64,000 bases of DNA. It comes from the human T2T-CHM13v2.0 reference genome, Homo sapiens. Below are positions 29,001 through 45,600 of this stretch, one piece after another. The notes under the pieces were generated by a model. That model was given only the letters and a program-made list of their open reading frames with translations. It was not told where the DNA came from and searched no databases. The stretch lies in the NCBI RefSeq assembly GCF_009914755.1, contig NC_060945.1; one strand, given 5' to 3'. Each line of letters starts with the position of its first letter. Position 1 is the first letter of the stretch. Both the position numbers and the translations under genes were made by a program.

Positions 29001-30899
29001 GTACATAAAATATGAAATTACATCGAATATATATTATATTAGGTACAGAAAATATGAAAGTACATCAAATATAGATTATATACTGTACATAAAATACCAA
29101 AGTACCCCAAATATATATTTTATACTGTACATGAAATATCAAAGTTCACAAACTATATATTATATACTGCACATAAAATATGAAAGTATCCAAGGTATAT
29201 ATTTTGTACTGTACAAAAAATATCAAAGTACCCAAAGCATGTATTATATACTGTACATAAAATATGAAAGTGCATCAAATATATATTTTATTCTGTACAT
29301 AAAATATCAAAGTACACCAGATATATATTCTATAGTGTACATAAAATATCAAAGTACCCAAACTATACATTATATACTGTACGTAAAATATGAAATTACA
29401 TCAAATATATATTAGGTACATAAAATATGAAAGTATATCAAATATAGATTATATACTGTACATATAATATCAATGTACCCCAAATATATATTTTACACTC
29501 TACATGAAATATCAAAATTCACAAACCATATATTATATACTGTACATAAAATATCAAAGTACCCAAGGTATATATTCTATACTGTACAAAAAATATCAAA
29601 GTACCCAAAGCATGTATTATATACTGTACATAAAATATGAAAGTACATCAAATATATATTTTATTCTGTACATAAAATATCAAAGTACACCAGATATATA
29701 TTCTATAGTGTACATAAAATAACAAAGTAAAAAAACTATAAATTATATACTGTACATAAAATATGAAATTACATCAAATATATATTAGGTACATAAAATA
29801 TGAACGTACATCAAATATAGATTATATACTGTACATAAAATATCAATGTACCCCAAATATATATTTTATACTCTACATGAAATATCAAAGTTCACAAACC
29901 ATATATTATATACTGTACATAAAATATCAAAGTACCCAAGGTATATATTCTATGCTGTACAAAAAATATCAAAGTACCCAAAGCATGTATTATATACTGT
30001 ACTTAAAATATGAAACTACATCAAATATATATTTTATTCTGTACAAAAAATATCAAAGTACACCAGATATATATTCTATAGTGTACATAAAATATAAAAG
30101 TACCCAAACTATACATTATATACTGTACATAAAATATGAAATTACATCAAATATGTATTGTATTAGGTACATAAAATATGAAAGCATATCAAATATAGAT
30201 TATATACTGTATATTAAATACCAAAGTACCCCAAATATATATTTTATACTGTACATCAAATATCAAAGTTCACAAACTATATATTATATACTGTACATTA
30301 AATATCAAAGTACCCATGATATATATTCTATACTGTACAAAAAATATCAAAGTCCCCAAAGCGTGTATTATATACTGTACATAAAATATGAAAGTACATC
30401 AAATATATATTTTATTCTGTACATAAAATATCAAATTACACCAGATATATATTCTATAGTGTACATAAAATATCAAAGTACCCAAACTATACATTATATA
30501 CTGTACATAAAATATGAAATTACATCAAATTTATATTAGGCACATAAAATATGAAAGTACATCAAATATAGATCATATACTGTACATAAAATATCAAAGT
30601 ACCCCAAATATATATTATATACTCTACATGAAATATCAAAGTTCACAAACTATATATTATATACTGTACATAAAATATCAAAGTACCCAAGGTATATATT
30701 CTATACTGTACAAAAAATATCAAAGTATACAAAGCATGTATTATATACTGTATATAAAATATGAAAGTACATTAAATATATATTTTATTCTGTACATAAA
30801 ATATCAAAGTACACCAGATATATATTCTATAGTGTACATAAAATAACAAAGTACACAAACTGTAAATTATATACTGTACATAAAATATGAAATTACATC

Positions 30900-33290
30900 A
30901 AATATATATTAGGTACATAATATATGAAAGTACATCAAATATAGATTATATACTGTACATATAATATCAATGTACCCCAAATATATATTTTATACTCTAC
31001 ATGAAATATCAAAGTTCACAAACCATACATTATATAGTGTACATAAAATATCAAAGTACCCAAGGTATATATTTTATACTGTACAAAAAATATCAAAGTA
31101 CCCAAAGCATGTATTATATACTGTACATAAAATATGAAAGTACATCAAATATATATTTTATTCTGTACATAAAACATCAAAGTACACCAGATATATATTC
31201 TATAGAGTACATAAAATATCAAAGTACCCAAACTATACATTATATACTGTACATAAAATATGAAATTACATCAAATATATATTATATTAGGTACATAAAA
31301 TATGAAAGTACATCAAATATAGATTATATACTGTACATAAAATATCAAAGTACCCCAAATATATATTATATACTCTACATGAAATATCAAAGTTCACAAA
31401 CTATATATTATATACTGTACAAAAAATATCAAAGTACCCAAGGTATATATTCTATACTGTACAAAAAATATCAAAGTACCCAAAGCATGTATTATATACT
31501 GTACATAAAATATGAAAGTACATCAAATATATATTTTATTCTGTACATAATATATCAAAGTACACCAGATATATATTCTATAGTGTACATAAAATAACAA
31601 AGTAAAAAAACTATTCATTATATACTGTACATAAAATATGAGATTACATCAAATATATATTATATTAGGTACATAAAATATGAAAGTACATCAGATATAG
31701 ATTATATACTGTACATAAAATATCAAAGTACCCCAAATATATATTATATACTCTACATGAAATATCAAAGTTCACAAACTATATATTATATACTGTACAT
31801 AAAATATCAAAGTACCCAAGGTATATATTCTATACTGTACAAAAAATATCAAAGTACCCAAAGCATGCATTATATACTGTATATAAAATATGAAAATACA
31901 TTAAATATATATTTTATTTTGTACGTAAAATATCAAAGTACACCAGAAATATATTCTATAGTGTACATAAAATAACAAAGTACACAAACTATAAATTATA
32001 TACTGTATGTAAAATATGAAATTACATCAAATATATATTAGGTACATAAAATATGAAAGTACATCAAATATAGATTATATACTGTACATATAATATCAAT
32101 GTACCCCAAATATATATTTTATACTCTACATGAAATATCAAAGTTCACAAACCATACATTATATACTGTACATAAAATATCAAAGTACCCAAGGTATATA
32201 TTCTATACTGTACAAAAAATATCAAAGTACCCAAAGCATGTATTATATACTGTACATAAAATATGAAAGTACATCAAATATATATTTTATTCTGTACATA
32301 AAACATCAAAGTACAGCAGATATATATTCTATAGAGTACATAAAATATCAAAGTACCCAAACTATACATTATATACTGTACATAAAATATGAAATTACAT
32401 CAAATATATATTATATTAGGTACATAAAATATGAAAGTACATCAAATATAGATTATATACTGTACATAAAATATCAAAGTACCCCAAATATATATTATAT
32501 ACTCTACATGAAATATCAAAGTTCACAAACTATATATTATATACTGTACAAAAAATATCAAAGTACCCAAGGTATATATTCTATACTGTACAAAAAATAT
32601 CAAAGTACCCAAAGCATGTATTATATACTGTACATAAAATATGAAAGTACATCAAATATATATTTTATTCTGTACATAATATATCAAAGTACACCAGATA
32701 TATATTCTATAGTGTACAAAAAATAACAAAGTAAAAAAACTATTCATTATATACTGTACATAAAATATGAGATTACATCAAATATATATTATATTAGGTA
32801 CATAAAATATGAAAGTACATCAGATATAGATTATATACTGTACATAAAATATCAAAGTACCCCAAATATATATTATATACTCTACATGAAATATCAAAGT
32901 TCACAAACTATATATTATATACTGTACATAAAATATCAAAGTACCCAAGGTATATATTCTATACTGTACAAAAAATATCAAAGTACCCAAAGCATGCATT
33001 ATATACTGTATATAAAATATGAAAATACATTAAATATATATTTTATTTTGTAGGTAAAATATCAAAGTACACCAGATATATATTCTATAGTGTACATAAA
33101 ATAACAAAGTACACAAACTATAAATTATATACTGTATGTAAAATATGAAATTACATCAAATATATATTAGGTACATAAAATATGAAAGTACATCAAATAT
33201 AGATTATATACTGTACATATAATATCAATGTACCCCAAATATATATTTTATACTCTACATGAAATATCAAAGTTCACAAACCATACATTA
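30900..33290 (+). repeat. Tandem duplication, 1129-bp period (378+378+373)
   Basis: ORFs 31001/32130 are offset by 1129. Shared variants: TATAGAGTAC (31201/32330), GAGATTAC, CATCAGATA, AGCATGCATT (~31862/32991), ACTGTATGTAA. Confidence 0.85.
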
Positions 33291-36200
33291 TATACTGTAC
33301 AGAAAATATCAAAGTACCCAAGGTATATATTCTATAGTGTACAAAAAATATCAAAGTACCCAAAGCATGTATTATATACTGTACATAAAATATGAAAGTA
33401 CATCAAATATATATTTTATTCTGTACATAAAATATCAAAGTACACCAGATATATATTCTATAGTGTACATAAAATATCAAAGTACCCAAACTATACATTA
33501 TATACTGTACATAAAATATGAAATTACATCAAATATATATTAGGTACATAAAATATGAAAGTACATCAAATATAGATTATATACTGTACATAAAATATCA
33601 AAGTACCCCAAATATATATTATATACTGTACATGAAATATCAAAGTTCACAAACTATATATTATATACTGTACATAAAATATCAAAGTACACAAGGTATA
33701 TATTCTATACTGTACAAAAAATATCAAAATACCCAAAGCATGTATTATACACTGTACATAAAATATGAAATTACATCAAATATATATTTTATTCTGTACA
33801 TAAAATATCAAAGTACACCAGATATATATTCTATAGTGTACATAAAATATCAAAGTACCCAAACTATACATTATATACTGTACATAAAATATGAAATTAC
33901 ATCAAATTTATATTAGGTACATATAATATGAAAGTACATCAAATATAGATTATATACTGTACATAAAATATCAAAGTACCCCAAATATATATTATATACT
34001 CTACATGAAATATCAATGTTCACAAACTATATATTATATACTGTACATAAAATATCCAAGTACCCAAGGTATATATTCTATACTGTACAAAAAATATGAA
34101 AGTATCCAAAGCATGTATTATATACTGTATATAAAATATGAAAGTACATCACATATATATTTTATTCTGTACATAAAATATCAAAGTACACCAGATATAT
34201 ATTCTATAGTGTACATAAAATAACAAAGTAAAAAAACTATAAATTATATACTGTTCATAAAATATGAAATTACATCAAATATATATTAGGTACATAAAAT
34301 ATGAACGTATATCAAATATAGATTATATACTGTTCATAAAATATCAATGTACCCCAAATATATATTTTATACTCTACATGAAATATCAAAGTTCACAAAC
34401 CATATATTATATACTGTACATAAAATATCAAAATACCCAAGGTATATATTCTATACTATACAAAAAATATCAAAGTACCCAAAGCATGTATTATATACTG
34501 TACATAAAATATGAAAGTACATCAAATATATATTTTATTCTGTACATAAAATATCAAAGTACACCAGATATATATTCTATAGTGTACATAAAATATAAAA
34601 GTACCCAAACTATACATTATATACTGTACATAAAATATGAAATTACATCAAATATGTATTATATTAGGTACATAAAATATGAAAGCATATCAAATATAGA
34701 TTATATACTGTATATTAAATACCAAAGTACCCCAAATATATATTTTATACTGTACATCAAATATCAAAGTTCACAAACTATATATTATATACTGTACATA
34801 AAATATCAAAGTACCCATGATATATATTCTATACTGTACAAAAAATATCAAAGTACCCAAAGCGTGTATTATATACTGTACATAAAATATGAAAGTATAT
34901 CAAATATATATTTTATTCTGTACATAAAATATCAAAGTACACCAGATATATATTCTATAGTGTACATAAAATATCAAAGTACCCAAACTATACATTAAAT
35001 ACTGTACATAAAATATGAAATTACATCAAATTTATATTAGGGACATAAAATATGAAAGTACATCAAATATAGATCATATACTGTACATAAAATATCAAAG
35101 TACCCCAAATATATATTATATACTCTACATGAAATATCAAAGTTCACAAACTATATATTATATACTGTACATAAAATATCAAAGTACCCAAGGTATATAT
35201 TCTATACTGTACAAAAAATATCAAAGTATACAAAGCATGTATTATATACTGTATATAAAATATGAAAGTACATTAAATATATATTTTATTCTGTACATAA
35301 AATATCAAAGTACACCAGATATATATTCTATAGTGTACATAAAATAACAAAGTACACAAACTGTAAATTATATACTGTACATAAAATATGAAATTACATC
35401 AAATATATATTAGGTACATAATATATGAAAGTACATCAAATATAGATTATATACTGTACATATAATATCAATGTACCCCAAATATATATTTTATACTCTA
35501 CATGAAATATCAAAGTTCACAAACCATACATTATATACTGTACATAAAATATCAAAGTACCCAAGGTATATATTCTATACTGTACAAAAAATATCAAAGT
35601 ACCCAAAGCATGTATTATATACTGTACATAAAATATGAAAGTACATCAAATATATATTTTATTCTGTACATAAAACATCAAAGTACACCAGATATATATT
35701 CTATAGAGTACATAAAATATCAAAGTACCCAAACTATACATTATATACTGTACATAAAATATGAAATTACATCAAATATATATTATATTAGGTACATAAA
35801 ATATGAAAGTACATCAAATATAGATTATATACTGTACATAAAATATCAAAGTACCCCAAATATATATTATATACTCTACATGAAATATCAAAGTTCACAA
35901 ACTATATATTATATACTGTACAAAAAATATCAAAGTACCCAAGGTATATATTCTATACTGTACAAAAAATATCAAAGTACCCAAAGCATGTATTATATAC
36001 TGTACATAAAATATGAAACTACATCAAATATATATTTTATTCTGTACATAATATATCAAAGTACACCAGATATATATTGTATAGTGTACATAAAATAACA
36101 AAGTAAAAAAACTATTCATTATATACTGTACATAAAATATGAGATTACATCAAATATATATTATATTAGGTACAGAAAATATGAAAGTACATCAGATATA

Positions 36201-36659
36201 GATTATATACTGTACATAAAATATCAAAATACCCCAAATATATATTATATACTCTACATGAAATATCAAAGTTCACAAACTATATATTATATACTGTACA
36301 TAAAATATCAAAGTACCCAAGGTATATATTCTATACTGTACAAAAAATATCAAAGTACCCAAAGCATGTATTATATACTGTACATAAAATATGAAAGTAC
36401 ATCAAATATATATTTTATTCTGTACATAAAATATCAAAGTACACCAGATATATATTCTATAGTGTACATAAAATATCAATGTACCCAAACTATACATTAT
36501 ATACTGTACATAAAATATGAAATTACATAAAATATATATTATATTAGGTACATAAAATATGAAAGCACATCAAATATAGATTATATACTGTACATTAAAT
36601 ACCAAAGTACCCCAAATATATATTTTATACTGTACATCAAATATCAAAGTTCACAAACT

Positions 36660-39600
36660 ATATATTATATACTGTACATAAAATATCAAAGTACCCAAGG
36701 TATATATTCTATACTGTACAAAAAATATCAAAGTACCCAAAGCATGTATTATATACTGTATATAAAATATGAAAATACATTAAATACATATTTTAATCTG
36801 TACATAAAATATCAAAGTACACCAGATATATATTCTATAGTGTACATAAAATAACAAAGTACACAAACTATAAATTATATACTGTACATAAAATATGAAA
36901 TTACATCAAACATATATTAGGTACATAAAATATGAAAGTACATCAAATATAGATTATATACTGTACATATAATATCAATGTACCCCAAATATATATTATA
37001 TACTCTACATGAAATATCAAAGTTCACAAACCATACATTATATACTGCACATAAAATATCAAAGTACCCAAGGTATATATTCTATAGTGTACAAAAAATA
37101 TCAAAGTACCCAAAGCATGTATTATATACTGTACATAAAATATGAAAGTATATCAAATATATATTTTATTCTGTACATAAAATATCAAAGTACACCAGAT
37201 ATATATTCTATAGTGTACATAAAATATCAAAGTACCCAAACTATACATTATATACTGTACATAAAATATGAAATTACATCAAATATATATTAGGTACATA
37301 AAATATGAAAGTACATCAAATATAGATTATATACTGTACATAAAATATCAAAGTACCCCAAATATATATTATATACTCTACATGAAATATCAACGTTCAC
37401 AAACTATATATTATATACTGTACATAAAATATCAAAGTACCCAAGGTATATATTCTATACTGTACAAAAAATATCAAAGTACCCAAAGCATGTATTATAT
37501 ACTGTATATAAAATATGAAAGTACATCACATATATATTTTATTCTGTACATAAAATATCAAAGTACACCAGATATATATTCTATAGTGTACATAAAATAA
37601 CAAAGTAAAAAAACTATAAATTATATACTGTACATAAAATATGAAATTACATCAAATATATATTAGGTACATAAAATATGAACGTACATCAAATATAGAT
37701 TATATACTGTACATAAAATATCAATGTACCCCAAATATATATTTTATACTCTACATGAAATATCAAAGTTCACAAACCATATATTATATACTGTACATAA
37801 AATATCAAAGTACCCAAGGTATATATTCTATACTATACAAAAAATATCAAAGTACCCAAAGCATGTATTATATACTGTACATAAAATATGAAAGTACATC
37901 AATTATATATTTTATTCTGTACATAAAATATCAAAGTACACCAGATATATATTCTATAGTGTACATAAAATATAAAAGTACCCAAACTATACATTATATA
38001 CTGTACATAAAATATGAAATTACATCAAATATGTATTATATTAGGTACATAAAATATGAAAGCATATCAAATATAGATTATATACTGTATATTAAATACC
38101 AAAGTACCCCAAATATATATTTTGTACTGTACATCAAATATCAAAGTTCACAAACTATATATTATATACTGTACATAAAATATCAAAGTACCCAAGGTAT
38201 ATATTCTATACTGTACAAAAAATATCAAAGTACCCAAAGCGTGTATTATATACTGTACATAAAATATGAAAGTACATCAAATATATATTTTATTCTGTAC
38301 ATAAAATATCAAAGTACACCAGATATATATTCTATAGTGTACATAAAATATCAAAGTACCCAAACTATACATTATATACTGTACATAAAATATGAGATTA
38401 CATCAAATATATATTATATTAGCTACATAAAATATGAAAGTACATCAGATATAGATTATATACTGTACATAAAATATCAAAGTACCCCAAATATATATTA
38501 TATACTCTACATGAAATATCAAAGTTCACAAACTATATATTATATACTGTACATAAAATATCAATGTACCCAAGGTATATATTCTATACTGTACAAAAAA
38601 TATCAAAGTACCCAAAGCATGTATTATATACTGTATACAAAATATGAAAATACATTAAATATATATTTTATTCTGTACATAAAATATCAAAGTACACCAG
38701 ATATGTATTCTATAGTGTACATAAAATAACAAATTACAAAAACTATAAATTATATACTGTACGTTAAATATGAAATTACATCAAATATATATTAGGTACA
38801 TAAAATATGAAAGTACATCAAATATAGATTATATACTGTACATATAATATCAATGTACCCCAAATATATATTTTATACTCTACATGAAATATCAAAGTTC
38901 ACAAACCATACATTATATACTGTACATAAAATATCAAAGTACCCAAGGTATATATTCTATACTGTACGAAAAATATCAAAGTACCCAAAGCATGTATTAT
39001 ATACTGTACATAAAATATGAAAGTACATCAAATATATATTTCATTCTGTACATAAAATATCAAAGTACACCAGATATATATTCTATAGTGTACATAAAAT
39101 ATCAAAGTACCCAAACTATACATTATATACTGTACATAAAATATGAAATTACATCAAATATATATTAGGTACATAAAATATGAAAGTATATCAAATATAG
39201 ATTATATACTGTACATATAATATCAATGTACCCCAAATATATATTTTATACTCTACATGAAATATCAAAATTCAAAAACCATATATTATATACTGTACAT
39301 AAAATATCAAAGTACCCAAGGTATATATTCTATACTGTACAAAAAATATCAAAGTACCCAAAGCATGTATTATATACTGTACATAAAATATGAAAGTACA
39401 TCAAATATATATTTTATTCTGTACATAAAATATCAAAGTACACCAGATATATATTCTATAGTGTACATAAAATATCAATGTACCCAAACTATACATTATA
39501 TACTGTACATAAAATATGAAATTACATCAAATATATATTATATTAGGTACATAAAATATGAAAACACATCAAATATAGATTATATACTGTACATTAAATG

Positions 39601-42600
39601 CCAAAGTACCCCAAATATATATTTTATACTGTACATCAAATATCAAAGTTCACAAACTATATATTATATACTGTACATAAAATATCAAAGTACCCAAGGT
39701 ATATATTCTATACTGTACAAAAAATATCAAAGTACCCAAAGCATGTATTATATACTGTACATAAAATATGAAAGTACATCAAATATATATTTTATTCTGT
39801 ACTTAAAACATCAAAATACACCAGATATATATTCTATAGTGTACATAAAATATCAAAGTACCCAAACTATACATTATATACTGTACATAAAATATGAAAT
39901 TACATCAAATATATATTAGGTACATAAAATATGAAAGTACATCAAATATAGATTATATACTGTACATAAAATATCAAAGTACCCAAATATATATTATATA
40001 CTCTACATGAAATATCAAAGTTCACAAACTATATATTATATACTATACATAAAATATCAAAGTACCCAAGGTATCTATTGTATACTGTACAAAATATATC
40101 AAAGTACCCAAAGCATGTATTATATACTCTACATAAAATATGAAAGTACATCAAATATATATTTTATTCTGTACATAAAATATAAAAGTACACCAGATAT
40201 ATATTCTATAGTGTACATAAAATAACAAAGTACACAAACTATAAATTATATACTGTACGTAAAATATGAAATTACATCAAATATATATTAGGTACATAAA
40301 ATATGAAAGTACATCAAATATAGATTATATACTGTACATAAAATATCAAAGTACCCCAAATATATATTATATACTGTATATGAAATATCAAAGTTCACAA
40401 ACTATATATTATATACTGTACATAAAATATCAAAGTACCCAAGATATATATTCTATACTGTACAAAAAATATCAAAGTACCCAAAGCATGTATTATATAC
40501 TGTACATAAAATATGAAAGTACATCAAATATATATTTTATTCTGTACATAAAATATCAAAGTACACCAGATATATATTCTATAGTGTACATAAAATATCA
40601 AAGTACCCAAACTATACATTATATACTATACATAAAATATGAAATTACATCAAATATATATTATATTAGGTACATAAAATATGAAAGCACATCAAATATA
40701 GATTATATACTGTACATAAAATATCAAAGTACCCCAAATATATATTATATACTGTATATGAAATATCAAAGTTCACAAACTATATATTATATACTGTACA
40801 TAAAATATCAAAGTACCCAAGATATATATTCTATACTGTACAAAAAATATCAAAGTACCCAAAGCATGTATTATATACTGTACATAAAATATGAAAGTAC
40901 ATCAAATATATATTTTATTCTGTACATAAAATATCAAAGTACACCAGATATATATTCTATAGTGTACATAAAATAACAAAGTACAGAAACTATAAATTAT
41001 ATACTGTACATAAAACATGAAATTACATCAAATATATATTAGGTACATAAAATATGAAAGTACATCAAATATAGATTATATACTGTACATAAAATATCAA
41101 TGTACCCCAAATATATATTTTATACTCTACATGAAATATCAAAGTTCACAAACCATATATTATATACTGTACATAAAATATCAAAGTACCCAAGGTATAT
41201 ATTCTATACTATACAAAAAATATCAAAGTACCCAAAGCATGTATTATATACTGTACATAAAATATGAAATTATATCAAATATATAATTTATTCTGTACAC
41301 AAAATATCAAAGTACACCAGATATATATTCTATAGTGTACATAAAATATCAAAGTACCCAAACTATACATTATATACTGTACATAAAATATGAAATTACA
41401 TCAAATATATATTAGGTACATAAAATATGAAAGTATATCAAATATAGATTATATACTGTACATATAATATCAATGTACCCCAAATATATATTTTATACTC
41501 TACATGAAATATCAAAGTTCACAAACCATATATTACATACTGTACATAAAATATCAAAGTACCCAAGGTATATATTCTATACTGTACAAAAAATATCAAA
41601 GTACACAAAGCATGTATTATATACTGTACATAAAATATGAAAGTACATCAAATATATATTTTATTCTGTACATAATATATGAAAGTACACCAGATATATA
41701 TTCTATAGTGTACATAAAATATAAAAGTACCCAAACTATACATTATATACTGTACATAAAATATGAAATTACATCATATATATATCATATTAGGTACATA
41801 AAATATGAAAGCATATCAAATATAGATTATATACTGTATATTAAATACCAAAGTACCCCAAATATATATTTTATACTGTACATCCAATATCAAAGTTCAC
41901 AAACTATATATTATATACTGAACATAAAATATCAAAGTACCCAAGGTATATATTCTATACTGTACAAAAAATATCAAAGTACCCAAAGCATGTATTATAT
42001 ACTGTACATAAAATATGAAAGTACATCAAATATATATTTTATTCTGTACATAAAACATCAAAGTACACCAGATATATATTCTATACTGTACAAAAAATAT
42101 CAAAGTACCCAAAGCGTGTATTATATACTGTACATAAAATATGAAAGTACATCAAATATATATTTTATTCTGTACATAAAATATCAAAGTACACCAGATA
42201 TATATTCTATAGTGTACATAAAGTAACAAAGTACACAAACTATAAATTATATACTGTACGTAAAATATGAAATTACATCAAATATATATTAGGTACATAA
42301 AATATGAAAGTACATCAAATATAGATTATATACTGTACATAAAATATCAATGTACCCCAAATATATATTTTATACTCTACATGAAATATCAAAGTTCACA
42401 AACCATATATTATATACTGTACATAAAATATCAAAGTACCCAAGGTATATATTCTATACTGTACAAAAAATATCAAAGTACCCAAAGCATGTATTATATA
42501 CTGTACATAAAATATGAAACTTCATCAAATATATATTTTATTCTGTACAAAAAATATCAAAGTACACCAGACATATTTTCTATAGTGTACATAAAATATC

Positions 42601-45600
42601 AAAGTACCCAAAGCATGTATTATATACTGTACATAAAATATGAAAGTACATCAAATATATATTTTATTCTGTACATAAAACATCAAAGTACACTAGATAT
42701 ATATTCTATAGTGTACATAAAATATCAAAGTACCCAAACTATACATTATATACTGTACATAAAATATGAAATTACATCAAATATATATTATATTAGGTAC
42801 ATAAAATATGAAAGTACATCAAATATAGATTATATACTGTACATAAAATATCAAAGTACCCAAATATATATTATATACTCTACATGAAATATCAAAGTTC
42901 ACAAACTATATATTATATACTGTACATAAAATATCAAAGTACCCAAGGTATATATTCTATACTGTACAAAAAATATCAAAGTATCCAAAGCATGTATTAT
43001 ATACTGTATATAAAATATGAAAGTACATTAAATATATATTTTATTCTGTACATAAAATATCAAAGTACACCAGATATATATTCTATAGTGTACATAAAAT
43101 AACAAAGTACACAAACTATAAATTATATACTGTACATAAAATATGAAATTACATCAAATATATATTAGGTACATAAAATATGAAAGTACATCAAATATAG
43201 ATTATATACTGTACATATAATATCAATGTACCCCAAATATATATTTTATACTCTACATGAAATATCAAATTTCACAAACCATACATTATATACTGTAAAT
43301 AAAATATCAAATTACACAAGGTATATATTCTATACTGTACAAAAAATATGAAAGTACCCAAAGCATGTATTATATACTGTACATAAAATATGAAAGTACA
43401 TCAAATATATATTTTATTCTGTACAAAAAATATCAAAGTACACCAGATATATATTCTATAGTGTACATAAAATAACAAAGTACACAAAATATAAATTATA
43501 TACTGTACATAAAATATGAAATTACATCAAATATATATTAGGTACATAAAATATGAAAGTACATCAAATATAGATTATATACTGTACATAAAATATCAAT
43601 GTACCCCAAATATATATTTTATACTCTACATGAAATATCAAAGTTCACAAACCATATATTATATACTGTACATAAAATATCAAAGTACCCAAGGTATATA
43701 TTCTATACTGTACAAAAAATATCAAAGTATCCAAAGCACGTATTATATACTGTATATAAAATATGAAATTACATTAAATATATATTTTATTCTGTACATA
43801 AAACATCAAAGTACACCAGATATATATTCTATAGTGTACATAAAATATCAAAGTAACCAAACTATACATTATATACTGTACAGAAAATATGAAATTACAT
43901 CAAATATATATTATATTAGGTACATAAAATATGAAAGTACATCAAATATAGATTCTATACTGTACATAAAATATCAAAGTACCCCAAATATATATTATAT
44001 ACTCTACATGAAATATCAAAGTTCACAAACTATATATTATATACTGTACATAAAATATCAAAGTACCCAAGGTATATATTCTATACTGTACAAAAAATAT
44101 CAAAGTATCCAAAGCATGTATTATATACTGTATATAAAATATGAAAGTACATTAAATATATATTTTATTCTGTACATAAAATATCAAAGTACACCAGATA
44201 TATATTCTATAGTGTACATAAAATATCAAAGTACGCAAACTATACATTATATACTGTACATAAAATATGAAATTACATCAAATATATATTAGGTACATAA
44301 AATATGAAAGTACATCAAATATAGATTATATACTGTACATAAAATATCAAAGTACCCCAAATATATATTATATACTCTACATGAAATATCAAAGTTCACA
44401 AACTATATATTATAAACTATACATAAAATATCAAGGTACCCAAGGTATATATTCTATACTGTACAAAAAATATCAAAGTACCCAAAGCATGTATTATATA
44501 CTGTACATAAAATATGAAAGTACATCAAATATATATTTTACTCTGTACATAAAATATCAAAGTACACCAGATATATATTCTATAGTGTACATAAAATAAC
44601 AAAGTACACAAACTATAAATTATATACTGTACATAAAATATGAAATTACATCAAATATATATTAGGTACATAAAATATGAAAGTACATCAAATATAGATT
44701 ATATACTGTACATAAAATATCAATGTACCCCAAATATATATTTTATACTCTACATGAAATATCAAAGTTCACAAACCATATATTATATACTGTACATAAA
44801 ATATCAAAGTACCCAAGGTATATATTCTATACTATACAAAAAATATCAAAGTACCCAAAGCATGTATTATATACTGTACATAAAATATGAAAGTACATCA
44901 AATATATATTTTATTCTGTACACAAAATATCAAAGTACACCAGATATATATTTTATAGTGTACATAAAATATCAAAGTACCCAAACTATACATTATACAC
45001 TGTACATAAAATATGAGATTACATCAAATATATATTATATTAGGTACATAAAATATGAAAGTACATCTGATATAGATTATATACTGTACATAAAATATCA
45101 AAGTACCCCAAATATATATTATATACTCTACATGAAATATCAAAGTTCACAAACTATATATTATATACTGTACATAAAATATCAAAGTACCCAAGGTATA
45201 TATTCTATACTGTACAAAAAATATCAAAGTACCCAAAGCATGTATTATATACTGTATATAAAATATGAAAATACATTAAATATATATTTTATTCTGTACA
45301 TGAAATATAAAGGTACACCAGATATATATTCTATAGTGTACATAAAATAACAAAGTACACAAACTATAAATTATATACTGTACATAAAATATGAAATTAC
45401 ATCAAATATATATTAGGTACATAAAATATGAAAGTACATCAAATATAGATTATATACTGTACATATAATATCAATGTACCCCAAATATATATTTTATACT
45501 CTACATGAAATATCAAAGTTCACAAACCATACATTATATACTGTACATAAAATATCAAAGTACCCAAGGTATATATTCTATACTATACAAAAAATATCAA

